The notes under the pieces: model-generated
Database searches by the model: none
The model's input: the letters and a program-made list of their open reading frames with translations, nothing else
Told to the model about the DNA's origin: nothing
From: Sulfurospirillaceae bacterium
GTDB lineage: Bacteria; Campylobacterota; Campylobacteria; Campylobacterales; Sulfurospirillaceae
NCBI GenBank assembly: GCA_033723415.1
Contig: JAWVXD010000001.1
Span: 288,001-352,000, forward strand
Direction: 5' to 3'
Length of the DNA: 64,000 nt
Translations under genes and position numbers: made by a program
Part shown: piece by piece, positions 1 through 10,741 of the stretch
Layout of the letters: each line of letters starts with the position of its first letter
Numbering within the stretch: the stretch's first letter is position 1

Positions 1-373
1 CTGCAAAAAGTTTCAAAGATTTACCTAAATTTTTTGTAGAACTTTTGATAAAATAATGAGTAAAGTCAAATCCGGTAGAGGCATTGTCTACGCCGCCAAA
101 TCCTTTGACTATCTCATCAAATTCACCGGCTTTTAAATTTTTTGTGGATTTAAAGTTCATGTGTTCAAGCATATGTGCAATACCGCTTTTACCCATGATC
201 TCATTTCTGCTTCCGACTTTATAAATTACGTCAGTTGTGATGACATCACTTCCGTTTTCCATTGGAATTGCAACGACTTGCAAACCGTTTTCTAATGTTT
301 TTGTATAGTACTTTGGCAATGAATTAGCCATTAAAACTCCTGTCAATAATAAAAAATATATAAATCTAATCAT
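1..373 (-). CDS. M16 family zinc peptidase, 5' part (runs off window start)
   Basis: Manual translation from ATG at 373 (overlaps the pyrD stop): MIRFIYFLLLTGVLMANSLPKYYTKTLENGLQV...GIAHMLEHM, an inverted HxxEH zinc motif. Confidence 0.85.
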   Translation of the reverse strand, partial: MIRFIYFLLLTGVLMANSLPKYYTKTLENGLQVVAIPMENGSDVITTDVIYKVGSRNEIMGKSGIAHMLEHMNFKSTKNLKAGEFDEIVKGFGGVDNASTGFDFTHYFIKSSTKNLGKSLKLFA

Positions 374-1428
374 CGATCACAACCTATGACTTCTGTTATT
401 TGATGAAAACCATCTTGTTTCATTAGCTTTAAAATTCCTTCGTTAATCTCTTTTACCAGATTTGGACCGTGAAATATAAATGAACTATATATTTGAACCA
501 AACTAGCTCCTGCTCTGATGCGTTTATATGCCTCTTCAGCACTGTCAATACCGCCAACTGAAATCAAGATTGTTTTGCCGTAGAATTCTTTTGCTATTTC
601 TTCAAAAAGTTTAAAACTTTTTTCTTTCAAGACTTTTCCGCTGATACCGCCAAAGCTTTGTGCGTCTTCAAGCAAAGTATAGTCGATAGTCGTATTTGTA
701 GCAATAATTCCACTAGCTCCGCTCTTGATAGCGATTTTACAAAGGGATATAGCATCATTTACCTCTAGATCAGGTGCAATTTTAAGTAAGATAGGTTTAT
801 CTGTTATCTTTGTTGCCATCAAAAAAATATCTTTAATAAACTGTTCATTTTGTAAATCTCTAAGACCTGGAGTGTTTGGAGAAGAGATATTTATCACCAA
901 ATAATCACAGATGTCTTTGAATTTTTCAATGAGTACTTTATAATCATCGAGTGCGAATTCAGAAGAAGTTACCTTGTTCTTACCTATATTTGCTCCAAGA
1001 GGCGTGACATATGGGTATATCTTTTTGACCCTGTTTACTACTTTGAGCATGCCATCGTTATTGAAGCCCATAGCATTTTGAATACTTTCTTGCTCCGGGT
1101 ATCTGAACATTCTTGGTTTTTTATTTCCTTCTTGTGCAAGAGGAGTGACAGTACCAAACTCTATATGTCCAAAACCAAAAGATGTCAAAGCCTTTGTCAT
1201 AGTGGCATTTTTGTCAAAGCCTGCTGCTAAGCCTACAGGATTTAAAAAAGTTACTCCAAAAATATCTTGTTCAAGTTCTTTTGAGGTTACAAAGTATTTA
1301 CTTGCTAGTTTAGCCATCACAAATTGACAATATTTTGAAAGCACTCTAAAAGTACATTCAGCAATATTGTGTGCATTTTCAGGGCTGAAGAAAAATAAAA
1401 ATTTTTTCAACACTTCGTATGTGAACAT
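370..1428 (-). CDS. pyrD: quinone-dependent dihydroorotate dehydrogenase (class 2)
   Basis: NPVGLAAGFDKN, INISSPNTPGLR, LKIAPDL and GGISG motifs. Confidence 0.96.
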   Translation of the reverse strand: MFTYEVLKKFLFFFSPENAHNIAECTFRVLSKYCQFVMAKLASKYFVTSKELEQDIFGVTFLNPVGLAAGFDKNATMTKALTSFGFGHIEFGTVTPLAQEGNKKPRMFRYPEQESIQNAMGFNNDGMLKVVNRVKKIYPYVTPLGANIGKNKVTSSEFALDDYKVLIEKFKDICDYLVINISSPNTPGLRDLQNEQFIKDIFLMATKITDKPILLKIAPDLEVNDAISLCKIAIKSGASGIIATNTTIDYTLLEDAQSFGGISGKVLKEKSFKLFEEIAKEFYGKTILISVGGIDSAEEAYKRIRAGASLVQIYSSFIFHGPNLVKEINEGILKLMKQDGFHQITEVIGCDR

Positions 1429-1512
1429 ATATACTCCATTAATAATTTAAGATTTTATTATACTCAAAAAAATATAAAAGGATGTTGATTAATACTTAGC
1501 GCTTATGCACAG

Positions 1513-1543
1513 AGAAGATTCATAGACTAGGTGTGAATCTTCT
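1513..1543. terminator. intergenic stem-loop between msbA and pyrD
   Basis: AGAAGATTCA...TGAATCTTCT 10-bp inverted repeat. Confidence 0.45.
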
Positions 1544-1567
1544 AAAGAGACATTAGAGCAACAACCT

Positions 1568-3289
1568 TTATGTTTGTAAACCCTTAAGCTTTAGATATTC
1601 ACTACAACTCTCTGTCAGTTCTTTATTATTTCCTATGGCTTCAACTTTACCATGCTTTAAGACAATGATCCTGTCTGCTTTTTGGATCGTGCTTAATCTA
1701 TGAGCTATTACAAATGTAATCTTATCTTTTATAATATTTTCGATAGCTTCACCAATCTTCTTTTCACTTTTTGAATCAAGTGCACTAGTGGCTTCATCAA
1801 GTATCAGAATCTTTGGATTTTTATAAATCGCTCTTGCTATGGCTATCCTTTGTCTTTGTCCTCCGGACAGATTTGTTCCAAATTCATCTAACTTTGTGTC
1901 AATCCCATCAGGCAGTGTTTCTATGAATTCATAAGCATTTGCTTTTTTCAACGCATCAATGATCCGCTCTCTATCTATCTCTTTCCCGTATGCAACATTC
2001 GCACTGACAGTGTCATTGAAGATATATACACGCTGAGTCACTATGGCTATTGAGTCTCTAAGACTTTGAAGAGAAAAATCTTTGATATTCATGCCGTTTA
2101 TGGCAATCTTACCCTCAGTAGTATCGAAAAATCTCACTAGCAGATTGACTAAAGACGTCTTGCCACCGCCGCTATCTCCGACTATTGCGATGAATTCACC
2201 ATGCTTTACTTTAAAATTTATACCATTTAGCGCAGTTTTGTCATCATCATACTTTAACACTACATCATTAAAGTCAATGCTGTTTATATCTTTAGGTACT
2301 GATTTGCTTCCGCCTTTGATCTTTGCCTCTTGATCAAGCAAAAAGAAAATTCTTTCACTTGCGGCTACGGCATCTTGCATTTTGTTATAAAGTCCTGATA
2401 TCCTCTTTATTGGAGTATATAGCATAAAAAGTGCAGTTAAAAAAGAGAAGAAACTTCCAACACTCATACCTCCTTCGATGACTTCACGTCCGCCGACTAT
2501 GATCACGACTGTCACACCGATAGAACCCAAAGTCTCCATGACAGGACTGATAAGTGCAGATACTTTAACGCTTTTCATAGTTAAGTGGAAATACTTTTGA
2601 TTTTCGTCTTTAAATTGTTTGTGTTCGTACGGTTCTGCCGAGTTTGCTTTTATGATCTCTATATTGTTGAAAATTTCACTTAATTTAGCAGTTATATCCG
2701 ATATCTTTTCTTGAGACATCCTTGAGATCTTTTTCATTTTTTTTGCTAATTTACTAAGCGGATATATAGCTAAAGGCATAACGACCAATGAATAAAAAGC
2801 TAATTCTTGACTTTGATATATCACGACTCCTGCCAAGCCGACGATAGTAAAGAACTCTCTAAAAAAATCAGGTATAAGATTTGATACTACGAGCTTAATC
2901 CTCTCGACATCATTTGTATTTCTACTTATCAACTCTCCTGAGCGATATTTGTGGAAGAAATAGATATCTAATGATAAAATATTTTCCAATAATCTGTCCC
3001 TAAATCTTCTTACTATATCTTGTCCTATGTATTCTGTGAAATATGTTTGTATGTAACGTCCACTCTCTTTTATAACATATACTAAAATGATAGCATACGG
3101 AAGCAGATCGAGCATATGTTTGTCTTTTGCTATAAAGACTTTATCAAGTAGAGGTTTGACTAGATAGGCAGTTGCGGAAGTTCCAACTGAAGTAAGAATC
3201 ATACCTAGGAATGCAAGCAAAAAATAAGGTACATAATCTTTAAAATACGGTGAAAACCTTTGCAGTATATATTTTGGATTATTGCTCAT
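1568..3289 (-). CDS. msbA: lipid A export ABC transporter, MsbA-like
   Basis: N-terminal TM domain plus GDSGGGKT, LSGGQRQR, ILILDEATSALD; next to cysS-murJ. Confidence 0.85.
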   Translation of the reverse strand: MSNNPKYILQRFSPYFKDYVPYFLLAFLGMILTSVGTSATAYLVKPLLDKVFIAKDKHMLDLLPYAIILVYVIKESGRYIQTYFTEYIGQDIVRRFRDRLLENILSLDIYFFHKYRSGELISRNTNDVERIKLVVSNLIPDFFREFFTIVGLAGVVIYQSQELAFYSLVVMPLAIYPLSKLAKKMKKISRMSQEKISDITAKLSEIFNNIEIIKANSAEPYEHKQFKDENQKYFHLTMKSVKVSALISPVMETLGSIGVTVVIIVGGREVIEGGMSVGSFFSFLTALFMLYTPIKRISGLYNKMQDAVAASERIFFLLDQEAKIKGGSKSVPKDINSIDFNDVVLKYDDDKTALNGINFKVKHGEFIAIVGDSGGGKTSLVNLLVRFFDTTEGKIAINGMNIKDFSLQSLRDSIAIVTQRVYIFNDTVSANVAYGKEIDRERIIDALKKANAYEFIETLPDGIDTKLDEFGTNLSGGQRQRIAIARAIYKNPKILILDEATSALDSKSEKKIGEAIENIIKDKITFVIAHRLSTIQKADRIIVLKHGKVEAIGNNKELTESCSEYLKLKGLQT

Positions 3290-4688
3290 CTATTTTTTCC
3301 CATTGTGTCCCGTTGACCGTATCTTGAAGCTGTATTTTCATTTTTTTGAGTGTATCTCTTATCTCATCTGCTTTTGCATAATCTTTTGCTTGTTTGGCTT
3401 CTTTTCTATTCTCTATCAAGGCTTCGATCTTAGTTTTTTCATCATCCGTAACACCGATTTGAAAGTATTGATATGCATCTTGATAACCTATGCCCAAGAC
3501 ATCGTCTAAGTACTCAATATTTGCCATTATTGTTGATTTTAATTCTTTATTTTTTGTTTCAATATCTAATTTTTCATTTGAGCTAGACACCATATCGTCT
3601 ATAACCGCAAAAGCAACAGAAATGTTTAAATCATCGCTCAATGCATTCAATAATCCCTTTTTAAAATTTAATTGCACTACTGATGCTTTAACACCATAAA
3701 CTCTTTTTTTAAGTCTGTAAATTTTATCAAGGCGTTTTTTACAAACAAGCAGATCTTCTTCTGAAAAGTTAAAATTGGCTCGATAATGGGTAGATAGAAG
3801 ATAATATCTCAAGACCTCTCCATCATAAATCTTCAAGGCATCTTTTAAAAAGAAGCTATTTCCTAAGGATTTGCTCATCTTTTCGCCATTTATCGTGACA
3901 AATCCATTGTGCATCCAGTATTTTGACAACTCTTGACCGCTTTTACATCTGGTTTGAGATGCTTCATTCTCATGATGAGGAAATAGAAGATCAGCACCGC
4001 CGCCGTGTATGTCTATTTGAAAATCTCCGTCTTTATTTGCCAGATGTTTTTCTATCATGCAAGAGCACTCTATATGCCATCCAGGTCGTCCGTCGCCAAA
4101 CTTTGCTTTGTATGTCGGTTCATTATCTTTTGAGAATTTCCAAAGAGCAAAATCTTTTTGATTTTTCTTTTTGGTATTGATACCGACTCTGCTTTGCTGG
4201 CTTTCATCGTCAATTGACATATGACTCAGTTCCAGATAATGGCTATCCTTTGTCGTATCGAAATATACACCGTCATCTATAATATAAGCAATATCTCGAT
4301 CAAGTAGATTTTGTACAAAATCTACGATCTCATCTATACTTTGGGTAGCTTTTGGCTCTATATCCGCATCCTTAACACCCAGTTTATGCATCTCGTCTTT
4401 ATAGCTTTTTATATAAAAGTTTGTGATCTCTTCAAGAGTTTTTCCGCTCTCTTTCATTTTTTTGATTATCTTATCATCAATATCCGTGAAGTTTTTAACA
4501 AATGTCGTCTTATATCCCAACTCGATCAAAACTCTTCTTAGTAAATCAAAAGAGACAGAACTTCTAGCATGACCCAGATGAGCATCATCATACACGGTAG
4601 GACCGCATACATAGATCTTGGCTTCATTCTTGATTATAGGTTCAAACAGAACCTTTTTCCCAAGAACAGAATCATAAATATACATCAA
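3279..4688 (-). CDS. cysS: cysteine--tRNA ligase
   Basis: YVCGPTVYDDAHLGH, GRPGWHIEC, KMSKSLGN. Confidence 0.98.
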   Translation of the reverse strand: MMYIYDSVLGKKVLFEPIIKNEAKIYVCGPTVYDDAHLGHARSSVSFDLLRRVLIELGYKTTFVKNFTDIDDKIIKKMKESGKTLEEITNFYIKSYKDEMHKLGVKDADIEPKATQSIDEIVDFVQNLLDRDIAYIIDDGVYFDTTKDSHYLELSHMSIDDESQQSRVGINTKKKNQKDFALWKFSKDNEPTYKAKFGDGRPGWHIECSCMIEKHLANKDGDFQIDIHGGGADLLFPHHENEASQTRCKSGQELSKYWMHNGFVTINGEKMSKSLGNSFFLKDALKIYDGEVLRYYLLSTHYRANFNFSEEDLLVCKKRLDKIYRLKKRVYGVKASVVQLNFKKGLLNALSDDLNISVAFAVIDDMVSSSNEKLDIETKNKELKSTIMANIEYLDDVLGIGYQDAYQYFQIGVTDDEKTKIEALIENRKEAKQAKDYAKADEIRDTLKKMKIQLQDTVNGTQWEKIDEQ

Positions 4689-6090
4689 TAATTTCCTTAA
4701 TTTTTAACAAAACAACGATCTCTACTCCTGATAGTAAACACAGCAGCAGGATATTTTTAAATGAGATTATATCCAAAAACAATCGGATACCAAATGCTCT
4801 GATTGTAAAGATCAGAAGCACAAAGCCGGAAATAGAGCTTGCAAGAGCTAAGCCCTCGACTCCGTATGGCGATATCAATGCAAGAGATAGGATAACATTT
4901 GTAACCAGCGAATAGATCGAAATCTTTGCCGCTATATTTTGTTGGTTTTTTGAATAGAGCCATAATGAAAATATCTTTGATAATCCAAATGGCAAGAGAC
5001 CTATCAAATACATACTCAAAACACGTGATGTGTGGTATGCATTTTCTGCAGTAAACGAGCCTCTTAGAAAAAGTACTTTTACGATCTCTTGGCTAAATAT
5101 AAGTCCTGCTATCATTGAAACACTTAGCAGGAAAGTCAAAAACCAAAAAGAGTTTCTCATCAAAACCAATGCAGTCGCTTCATTTCCCGTTTTTAGCATT
5201 TTTGCAATTTTAGGGAAGATACCTACACTCAAAGCTATCGCAAAAAGGGCAAGAGGAAGTTGAAAAACTCTATTTCCGTAATATAGATAACTTATGCTGC
5301 CGCTTGCTAAAAAACTTGCCAGCCAAGTATCTAAAAATGCAGAAACCTGCGCCGTTGAGTTCCCCACAATAGCATGATAGAATGCTTTGAAAAATTTATC
5401 CGTTTGTTTATCATCTTTTGTTGATTTTGAAAATCTGTAGCCAACATAAAATATTTTTAACAAACCTTTATATTTTAACGCCAAGATATGAGCTGCTATC
5501 TGCAAAATCCCGCCAATCAAAACGGCATAGCTCATCCCATACACTATATCTATCTTTGGCATATTTTTGGTTATAAGCAAAGAAGATATGATAGCGATAT
5601 TTAAAAGTGTAGTTGAAAATGCGGTCGTAGCAAAATGATTTTTATATTGCAGTAGTGAAGCAAAAAATGAAACACAAAATATGATCGGCAGATAGTAAAA
5701 ATTGATAGCTACAAATGTTGAAGCCAGTTCAATATTTTGCTTATCAAATCCTATTGCTATGATCTTTGTGAAGAAATTACTAAAAAATGTTACAAATAAC
5801 GAGAGTACTAATAAAAAAAGAAAAAACTTGACAAATATACGATAAGTAAAAAGAGACTTTAATCTGGATTTTGTGAAGTTAGGAATAAAACTTTGAGCAA
5901 ATGCTCCCTCGGCAAATACTCTTCTAAATAAATTCGGCAATTTAAATGCTATAAAAAATATATCACTATATATATTTGCACCAAGTATTGATGCTGTTAG
6001 TAAATCTCTGATAAAACCAAAGATTCTAGAGACTAATATGCCTATGCTGTTTGTAAAAAATGATTTTAAGAACATTTTGAATTTTAGCAA
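4672..6090 (-). CDS. murJ: lipid II flippase MurJ/MviN
   Basis: SRIFGFIRD, AFKLPNLFRRVFAEGAF, YLYYGNRVFQLPL. Confidence 0.95.
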   Translation of the reverse strand: MLKFKMFLKSFFTNSIGILVSRIFGFIRDLLTASILGANIYSDIFFIAFKLPNLFRRVFAEGAFAQSFIPNFTKSRLKSLFTYRIFVKFFLFLLVLSLFVTFFSNFFTKIIAIGFDKQNIELASTFVAINFYYLPIIFCVSFFASLLQYKNHFATTAFSTTLLNIAIISSLLITKNMPKIDIVYGMSYAVLIGGILQIAAHILALKYKGLLKIFYVGYRFSKSTKDDKQTDKFFKAFYHAIVGNSTAQVSAFLDTWLASFLASGSISYLYYGNRVFQLPLALFAIALSVGIFPKIAKMLKTGNEATALVLMRNSFWFLTFLLSVSMIAGLIFSQEIVKVLFLRGSFTAENAYHTSRVLSMYLIGLLPFGLSKIFSLWLYSKNQQNIAAKISIYSLVTNVILSLALISPYGVEGLALASSISGFVLLIFTIRAFGIRLFLDIISFKNILLLCLLSGVEIVVLLKIKEIIDVYL

Positions 6091-6173
6091 ATCATCCGTT
6101 AAATAGAGCTTTTATTTTAATAATTGTATAATTATGACGATATGTATTTAAAATATTTTTTAAGGATTTTAAT

Positions 6174-8096
6174 TTGAGTTTATTCGGTTCGTCAAAAAAA
6201 GACACTAATGAAGTTAAAAATACCGAAGAAGATAATGAATTTAAATCAGTTATCATAGACACGGAAAATATTGTTGATGAAATTAAAAACCTTTCTTCGG
6301 CCTATAATGTTCATCCTAGAGATTTATTATTTAGATTGATCAAAGTAAGTACGTTATATAAAACAAATAAAGGTGACAATTATAAAGAAGTCAGCGATGA
6401 AGAGATGGAACTTTTCAACGACAATGACTTTCTTCTAAATCCAGAACTTCGCATTAAACAGCACTTTAAAGTTGAAATCTTCAAAAAAAATGACTCAACA
6501 AAAGATTCTCTTCCAGAGATAGTTCTAGGCGGCAATAAATCCTTAACCAAGATCATAGCTACGGTCAAACAAAATTTTGATATTAAATACACCAGCGACC
6601 TTGAAGAGCGTATAATTGATGATATAAATATCAAGAAAATCAAGTCAAATATATTGGTAGGTATCAGAGACTCAAGTATGCACCAAGAAGTGAAAAAACT
6701 TGTAGCTCAAATAAGAGTTAAAAACTTGATTGAAAACGATTCTACTTTTGTCGTTTGTCAAGGATTAGATAAAGTATCATCTATAAACGATGAGCTGATT
6801 TTTCACTACAAGAACAAAATAAAACGAAAAGATTCTAGTGACAGAGTAGACTACTCTAAGCGAGGATTTGTTTTGGCTGTTGCTGAAGGTGAAACTATTA
6901 TAGAATACACAAAACCTCAAAATGGTATACCGGGAAGAACCTGTCAAGGAAGATTTTTAAGTACCAGCGACCCACTGTCCGTATATGACGGCAATATAAA
7001 TCATTCTGAAAATATTATCAAAAAAGAAGATGACAACAAGATACTTTATGTTGCAAAGATAAATGGTTATGTCAATGTTGAAAACGGTGTATATGACATA
7101 AGAGACAATATGGAAATAGAGTCGGTCAATTTTAGATCTACAGGCTCTATCGAAACAGATATGAACTCAAATGTCAAAATAAATATAAAAGAAAATGACG
7201 CACTTAAAGATGCTATCGGACCAGGCATGAGCGTAGAAACATCAGAATTAAACATTGAGGGAAATATAGGAAGCGGTGCAAGTGTCAAAACAAAAAAAGT
7301 AACAATCAAAGGACAAACTCACAAGACTTCAAAAATTGAGTCAGACTATGCGAATATTTCTGTTCACAGAGGAGAAGTAACAGGGCAAAATATAGAGATA
7401 GATAGACTTGAAGGCGGTATTGTCTATGGAGAAACTGTTCACATAAAAAGTGCCATAGGAGGAGAAGTTGTAGCAAAAGAAATATTTATTGATGAACTTA
7501 CTTCAAATACGATACTAAAAGCAAGTAATCTGATAGATATCAAAAAGGTCAAAGGAAACAACAATAAGTTGTCCATTGATCCTACCTCCACAAAAGTATA
7601 CAATGAAAAAATAGCAAAGATCAATCATGAGATAAAAAAGCTAAAACTTGAGTTGGTACCTATACCAAAGATGCTAGAAGCTAAAAAAAGACTCATAGAC
7701 AATAACAGAATAGTAGTCACGGATATAAAAAGTAGAATTGCCGAATTAAAACAAGAAGGGAAAACTCCACCTATATCTTTGTTGAATAAACTAAAAGAAT
7801 ACACGCGAATGGTAAATGAATACAACGCATCGCTCAATGACTTTAAAAATAGAAAACAAAAACTCTTAGCCTTAAATGAAGATTTAAATTCTGTACAAAA
7901 TCAAGTTTTTTCATCAAAGATCATAAACAGAGGTATATGGAAAGAATTTAACGAGCTAAAATTTAGGCTTATATTACCTCCTGTAGAGGTAATATACAAC
8001 ACAAAAGACAATGAAATCATAAGAGAGGCTACATTGGTACAAAAAGGCGACAATAAATTTGAAATAAAAAAATCAAGTGAGTATCTTGCACAATGA
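6174..8096 (+). CDS. flagellar assembly protein A-like (DUF342/FapA family)
   Basis: 640 aa with a repetitive beta-solenoid-like middle and coiled-coil C-terminus; position upstream of ruvA typical of Campylobacterales. Confidence 0.7.
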   Translation: MSLFGSSKKDTNEVKNTEEDNEFKSVIIDTENIVDEIKNLSSAYNVHPRDLLFRLIKVSTLYKTNKGDNYKEVSDEEMELFNDNDFLLNPELRIKQHFKVEIFKKNDSTKDSLPEIVLGGNKSLTKIIATVKQNFDIKYTSDLEERIIDDINIKKIKSNILVGIRDSSMHQEVKKLVAQIRVKNLIENDSTFVVCQGLDKVSSINDELIFHYKNKIKRKDSSDRVDYSKRGFVLAVAEGETIIEYTKPQNGIPGRTCQGRFLSTSDPLSVYDGNINHSENIIKKEDDNKILYVAKINGYVNVENGVYDIRDNMEIESVNFRSTGSIETDMNSNVKINIKENDALKDAIGPGMSVETSELNIEGNIGSGASVKTKKVTIKGQTHKTSKIESDYANISVHRGEVTGQNIEIDRLEGGIVYGETVHIKSAIGGEVVAKEIFIDELTSNTILKASNLIDIKKVKGNNNKLSIDPTSTKVYNEKIAKINHEIKKLKLELVPIPKMLEAKKRLIDNNRIVVTDIKSRIAELKQEGKTPPISLLNKLKEYTRMVNEYNASLNDFKNRKQKLLALNEDLNSVQNQVFSSKIINRGIWKEFNELKFRLILPPVEVIYNTKDNEIIREATLVQKGDNKFEIKKSSEYLAQ

Positions 8097-8650
8097 TAAT
8101 AGGAATAGAAGGTAAAGTATTAAAAAAGGAGCCTACTTTTTTACATATTAAAATAAATTCAGGCTTAGTATATAAGGTTCAGGTTTCACTTTTCACATCT
8201 GCGAAGATCGATCATGACGAGGTCTTTTTACATACGACTCTTATAATCAGAGAAGATCATCACTCATTGTTTGGATTTTTGGATGTTGAAGAAAAAAATA
8301 TCTTTGACACGGTCGTTAAACTAAACGGCATAGGTCCATCAACTGCTCTTGCTATTTGTTCGACCTTAAGTCCAAGTGAGTTTGCTTCGGCATTGATTTC
8401 TCAAAACCTAACAGCATTTACCAGAGTTCCTGGGATAGGACCGAAAAATGCAAAAAGACTATTGGTAGAGCTTAGCGATTTTTCACTTGAGTCTATGCAA
8501 GAGAGCAGTGGGAACAGTGTTCAGATGGAAGCTATGCTGGCATTAGAGAGTCTTGGTTTTAAAAAGGACAGGATTAAAAAAGTACTCACAACATGTAAAT
8601 CTACAGAAACTACTACGCTTATAAAAGAAGCTTTGAAAAAATTAGGATAA
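8093..8650 (+). CDS. ruvA: Holliday junction branch migration protein RuvA
   Basis: IREDHHSLFGF, NGIGPSTALAI, VPGIGPKNAKRL, ALESLGF. Confidence 0.96.
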   Translation: MIIGIEGKVLKKEPTFLHIKINSGLVYKVQVSLFTSAKIDHDEVFLHTTLIIREDHHSLFGFLDVEEKNIFDTVVKLNGIGPSTALAICSTLSPSEFASALISQNLTAFTRVPGIGPKNAKRLLVELSDFSLESMQESSGNSVQMEAMLALESLGFKKDRIKKVLTTCKSTETTTLIKEALKKLG

Positions 8651-8690
8651 TAATGAAAAATAACCATAACATCAATCAAGGTGTAATCTC

Positions 8691-9725
8691 ATGAAAATTG
8701 CACTTCTTTTTGGAGCAAACAGCTTCGAACACGAGATTAGTATAGTAAGTGCGATTGCTCTAAAAAAAGTATTAAAGAGTGAATTAGTTTATATATTTTG
8801 CGACTATGAGCGGGATTTTTATCTAATCCCTACAGATAAGATAAATTCCAAGAGATTTAGTTCTGCAGAGTATAAGAAAGATAAAAAATTAGATATCAAA
8901 AGCGGAGGTTTTTATCATAAAGGTCTCATGAGCGAAAAGAAGATCGAGTTTGATATCTTATTAAATGTAATCCATGGAAAAGATGGAGAAGACGGAACAG
9001 TTTCTTCTTTACTTGATTTTTTTAAAATTCCATATATCGGGCCAAGGATCGAAGCAAGCGTTTTAAGTTACAACAAACTTTTGACAAAATTGTATGCCAA
9101 AGAGTTTGGAGTGAAAACACTAGATTACGTAACACTGCAAAAAGATTCGAGTAGAGACATTGAACTCACTTATCCTGTGATAGTAAAACCGACAAGGCTC
9201 GGTAGCTCTATAGGTATCAGTATCGTAAAAAGTAAAGCAGAATTGGATTATGCGCTTGATGTTGCATTTGAATATGACTTTCAAGTTGTGATAGAGCCGT
9301 TTATAGATGGAATCAAAGAATATAATCTTGCAGGATGTCGAAGTGATGATTATAACTTTTCTATTATAGAAGAACCGCAAAAAAATGAAATCCTGGATTT
9401 TGATAAAAAGTATCTCGACTTTTCACGCACTAAAAGAGTCAATGAAGCCGATATCAGTGAAGAGTTGGCAGATAAGATTAGAGAAAATTTTAAAAAATTG
9501 TATGAACCGTTTTTTGCAGGATCACTGATCAGATGTGATTTCTTTGTCTTGAACGATGAAGTTTACATTAACGAAATAAACCCAATCCCCGGTAGTATGG
9601 CAAATTATCTCTTTGATGATTTTGACGGAGTTATTAAAAAATTGGCAGATTACTTGCCAAAAAGTATAAATATTCCAAAAAACTACAAGTATATTAACGA
9701 AATTCAAGCTGCAAAAGGTAAATAA
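8691..9725 (+). CDS. ddl: D-alanine--D-alanine ligase
   Basis: FGANSFEHEISIVSA, HGKDGEDG, GSSIGI, NEINPIPG. Confidence 0.95.
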   Translation: MKIALLFGANSFEHEISIVSAIALKKVLKSELVYIFCDYERDFYLIPTDKINSKRFSSAEYKKDKKLDIKSGGFYHKGLMSEKKIEFDILLNVIHGKDGEDGTVSSLLDFFKIPYIGPRIEASVLSYNKLLTKLYAKEFGVKTLDYVTLQKDSSRDIELTYPVIVKPTRLGSSIGISIVKSKAELDYALDVAFEYDFQVVIEPFIDGIKEYNLAGCRSDDYNFSIIEEPQKNEILDFDKKYLDFSRTKRVNEADISEELADKIRENFKKLYEPFFAGSLIRCDFFVLNDEVYINEINPIPGSMANYLFDDFDGVIKKLADYLPKSINIPKNYKYINEIQAAKGK

Positions 9726-9781
9726 TTTGATATAATACATAAAATTTTATGTATTATATCAAGACAACCAAAAGGGAATAA

Positions 9782-10000
9782 ATGATTTCTTATACTCAAG
9801 ACGAAATCGTCTCGGCAACAGATGCAGTGAGAAACTTCAGCTCCGTTCTAAAAAGTATCTCAAGCAAAACAAAAGAAAAAGTAGTAATCGTGAAAAACAA
9901 CAGATTTGAAGCAGTTGTATTAAGTGTTGAAAAATATGAGAAGATGGAAAAAGCCGTTGAGATACTTGAAAATATTTACAATAAAACAAAAATGAAATAA
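9782..10000 (+). CDS. small Phd/YefM-like protein
   Basis: SATDAVRNFSSVL...VVIVKNNRFEAVVLSVEKYE fits the Phd/YefM pattern. Confidence 0.7.
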   Translation: MISYTQDEIVSATDAVRNFSSVLKSISSKTKEKVVIVKNNRFEAVVLSVEKYEKMEKAVEILENIYNKTKMK

Positions 10001-10012
10001 GAAAAAATATAT

Positions 10013-10741
10013 ATGGCAATAAAAGAGACAATATACAACGATCTAGTGTATCAAATCAGTTACGAGATCATCAATCAAGACAAACAAGAAGAGATAATTT
10101 TTCTGCATGGCTGGGGAAGCAATAAAGAGATAATGAAAAATGCATTTTCCAAGCATCTGAGCGAATATAGACAGATTTATATAGATTTGCCAGGATTTGG
10201 AAACTCTAGCATAACAAGAGCTATCACAACACAAGAGTATGCAAAGATAATCAATACTTTTCTAGACTCTATAAACTCTCAAAAAAAGATAATCTTCGGG
10301 CACTCATTTGGAGGGAAGGTAGCAACACTACTAAATCCTGAGATATTGGTACTACTAAGCAGTGCAGGTATTTTAAATAAAAAACCATTGAAGACCAAAG
10401 CAAAGATCCTGACATACAAACTTCTCAAACCAATAGCAGCAAGATCTCTATATAAATATTTTGCAACAAAAGATGTCAATGGCATGAGCCAGGTCATGTA
10501 TGAAACACTTAAAAACGTAGTTGATGAAAACTTTGAGAAGATATTTGCTGATTTTGAAGGCAAAGGTCTTGTGTACTGGGGAAGAGATGATACTGCCGTC
10601 CCGCTTTGGAATGGAGAAAAAATCGCAAATCTGATAAAAGATTCTAAATTTAGAGTCTATTATGGGGATCATTTCTTTTTTTTAAAGGATTGTAGACAGA
10701 TTTGTGATGATTTTAGAAAAGACTTGGAGAAGAGAATTTGA
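10013..10741 (+). CDS. alpha/beta fold hydrolase
   Basis: FLHGWG, DLPGFG, GHSFGG nucleophile elbow, C-terminal DH. Confidence 0.9.
   Translation: MAIKETIYNDLVYQISYEIINQDKQEEIIFLHGWGSNKEIMKNAFSKHLSEYRQIYIDLPGFGNSSITRAITTQEYAKIINTFLDSINSQKKIIFGHSFGGKVATLLNPEILVLLSSAGILNKKPLKTKAKILTYKLLKPIAARSLYKYFATKDVNGMSQVMYETLKNVVDENFEKIFADFEGKGLVYWGRDDTAVPLWNGEKIANLIKDSKFRVYYGDHFFFLKDCRQICDDFRKDLEKRI

Noticed and set aside
9782..10000. Phd/YefM-like gene as part of a toxin-antitoxin module
   Set aside because: No adjacent toxin; it sits in the ddl-hydrolase-Mur ligase run that I recall as a conserved core arrangement in Campylobacterales
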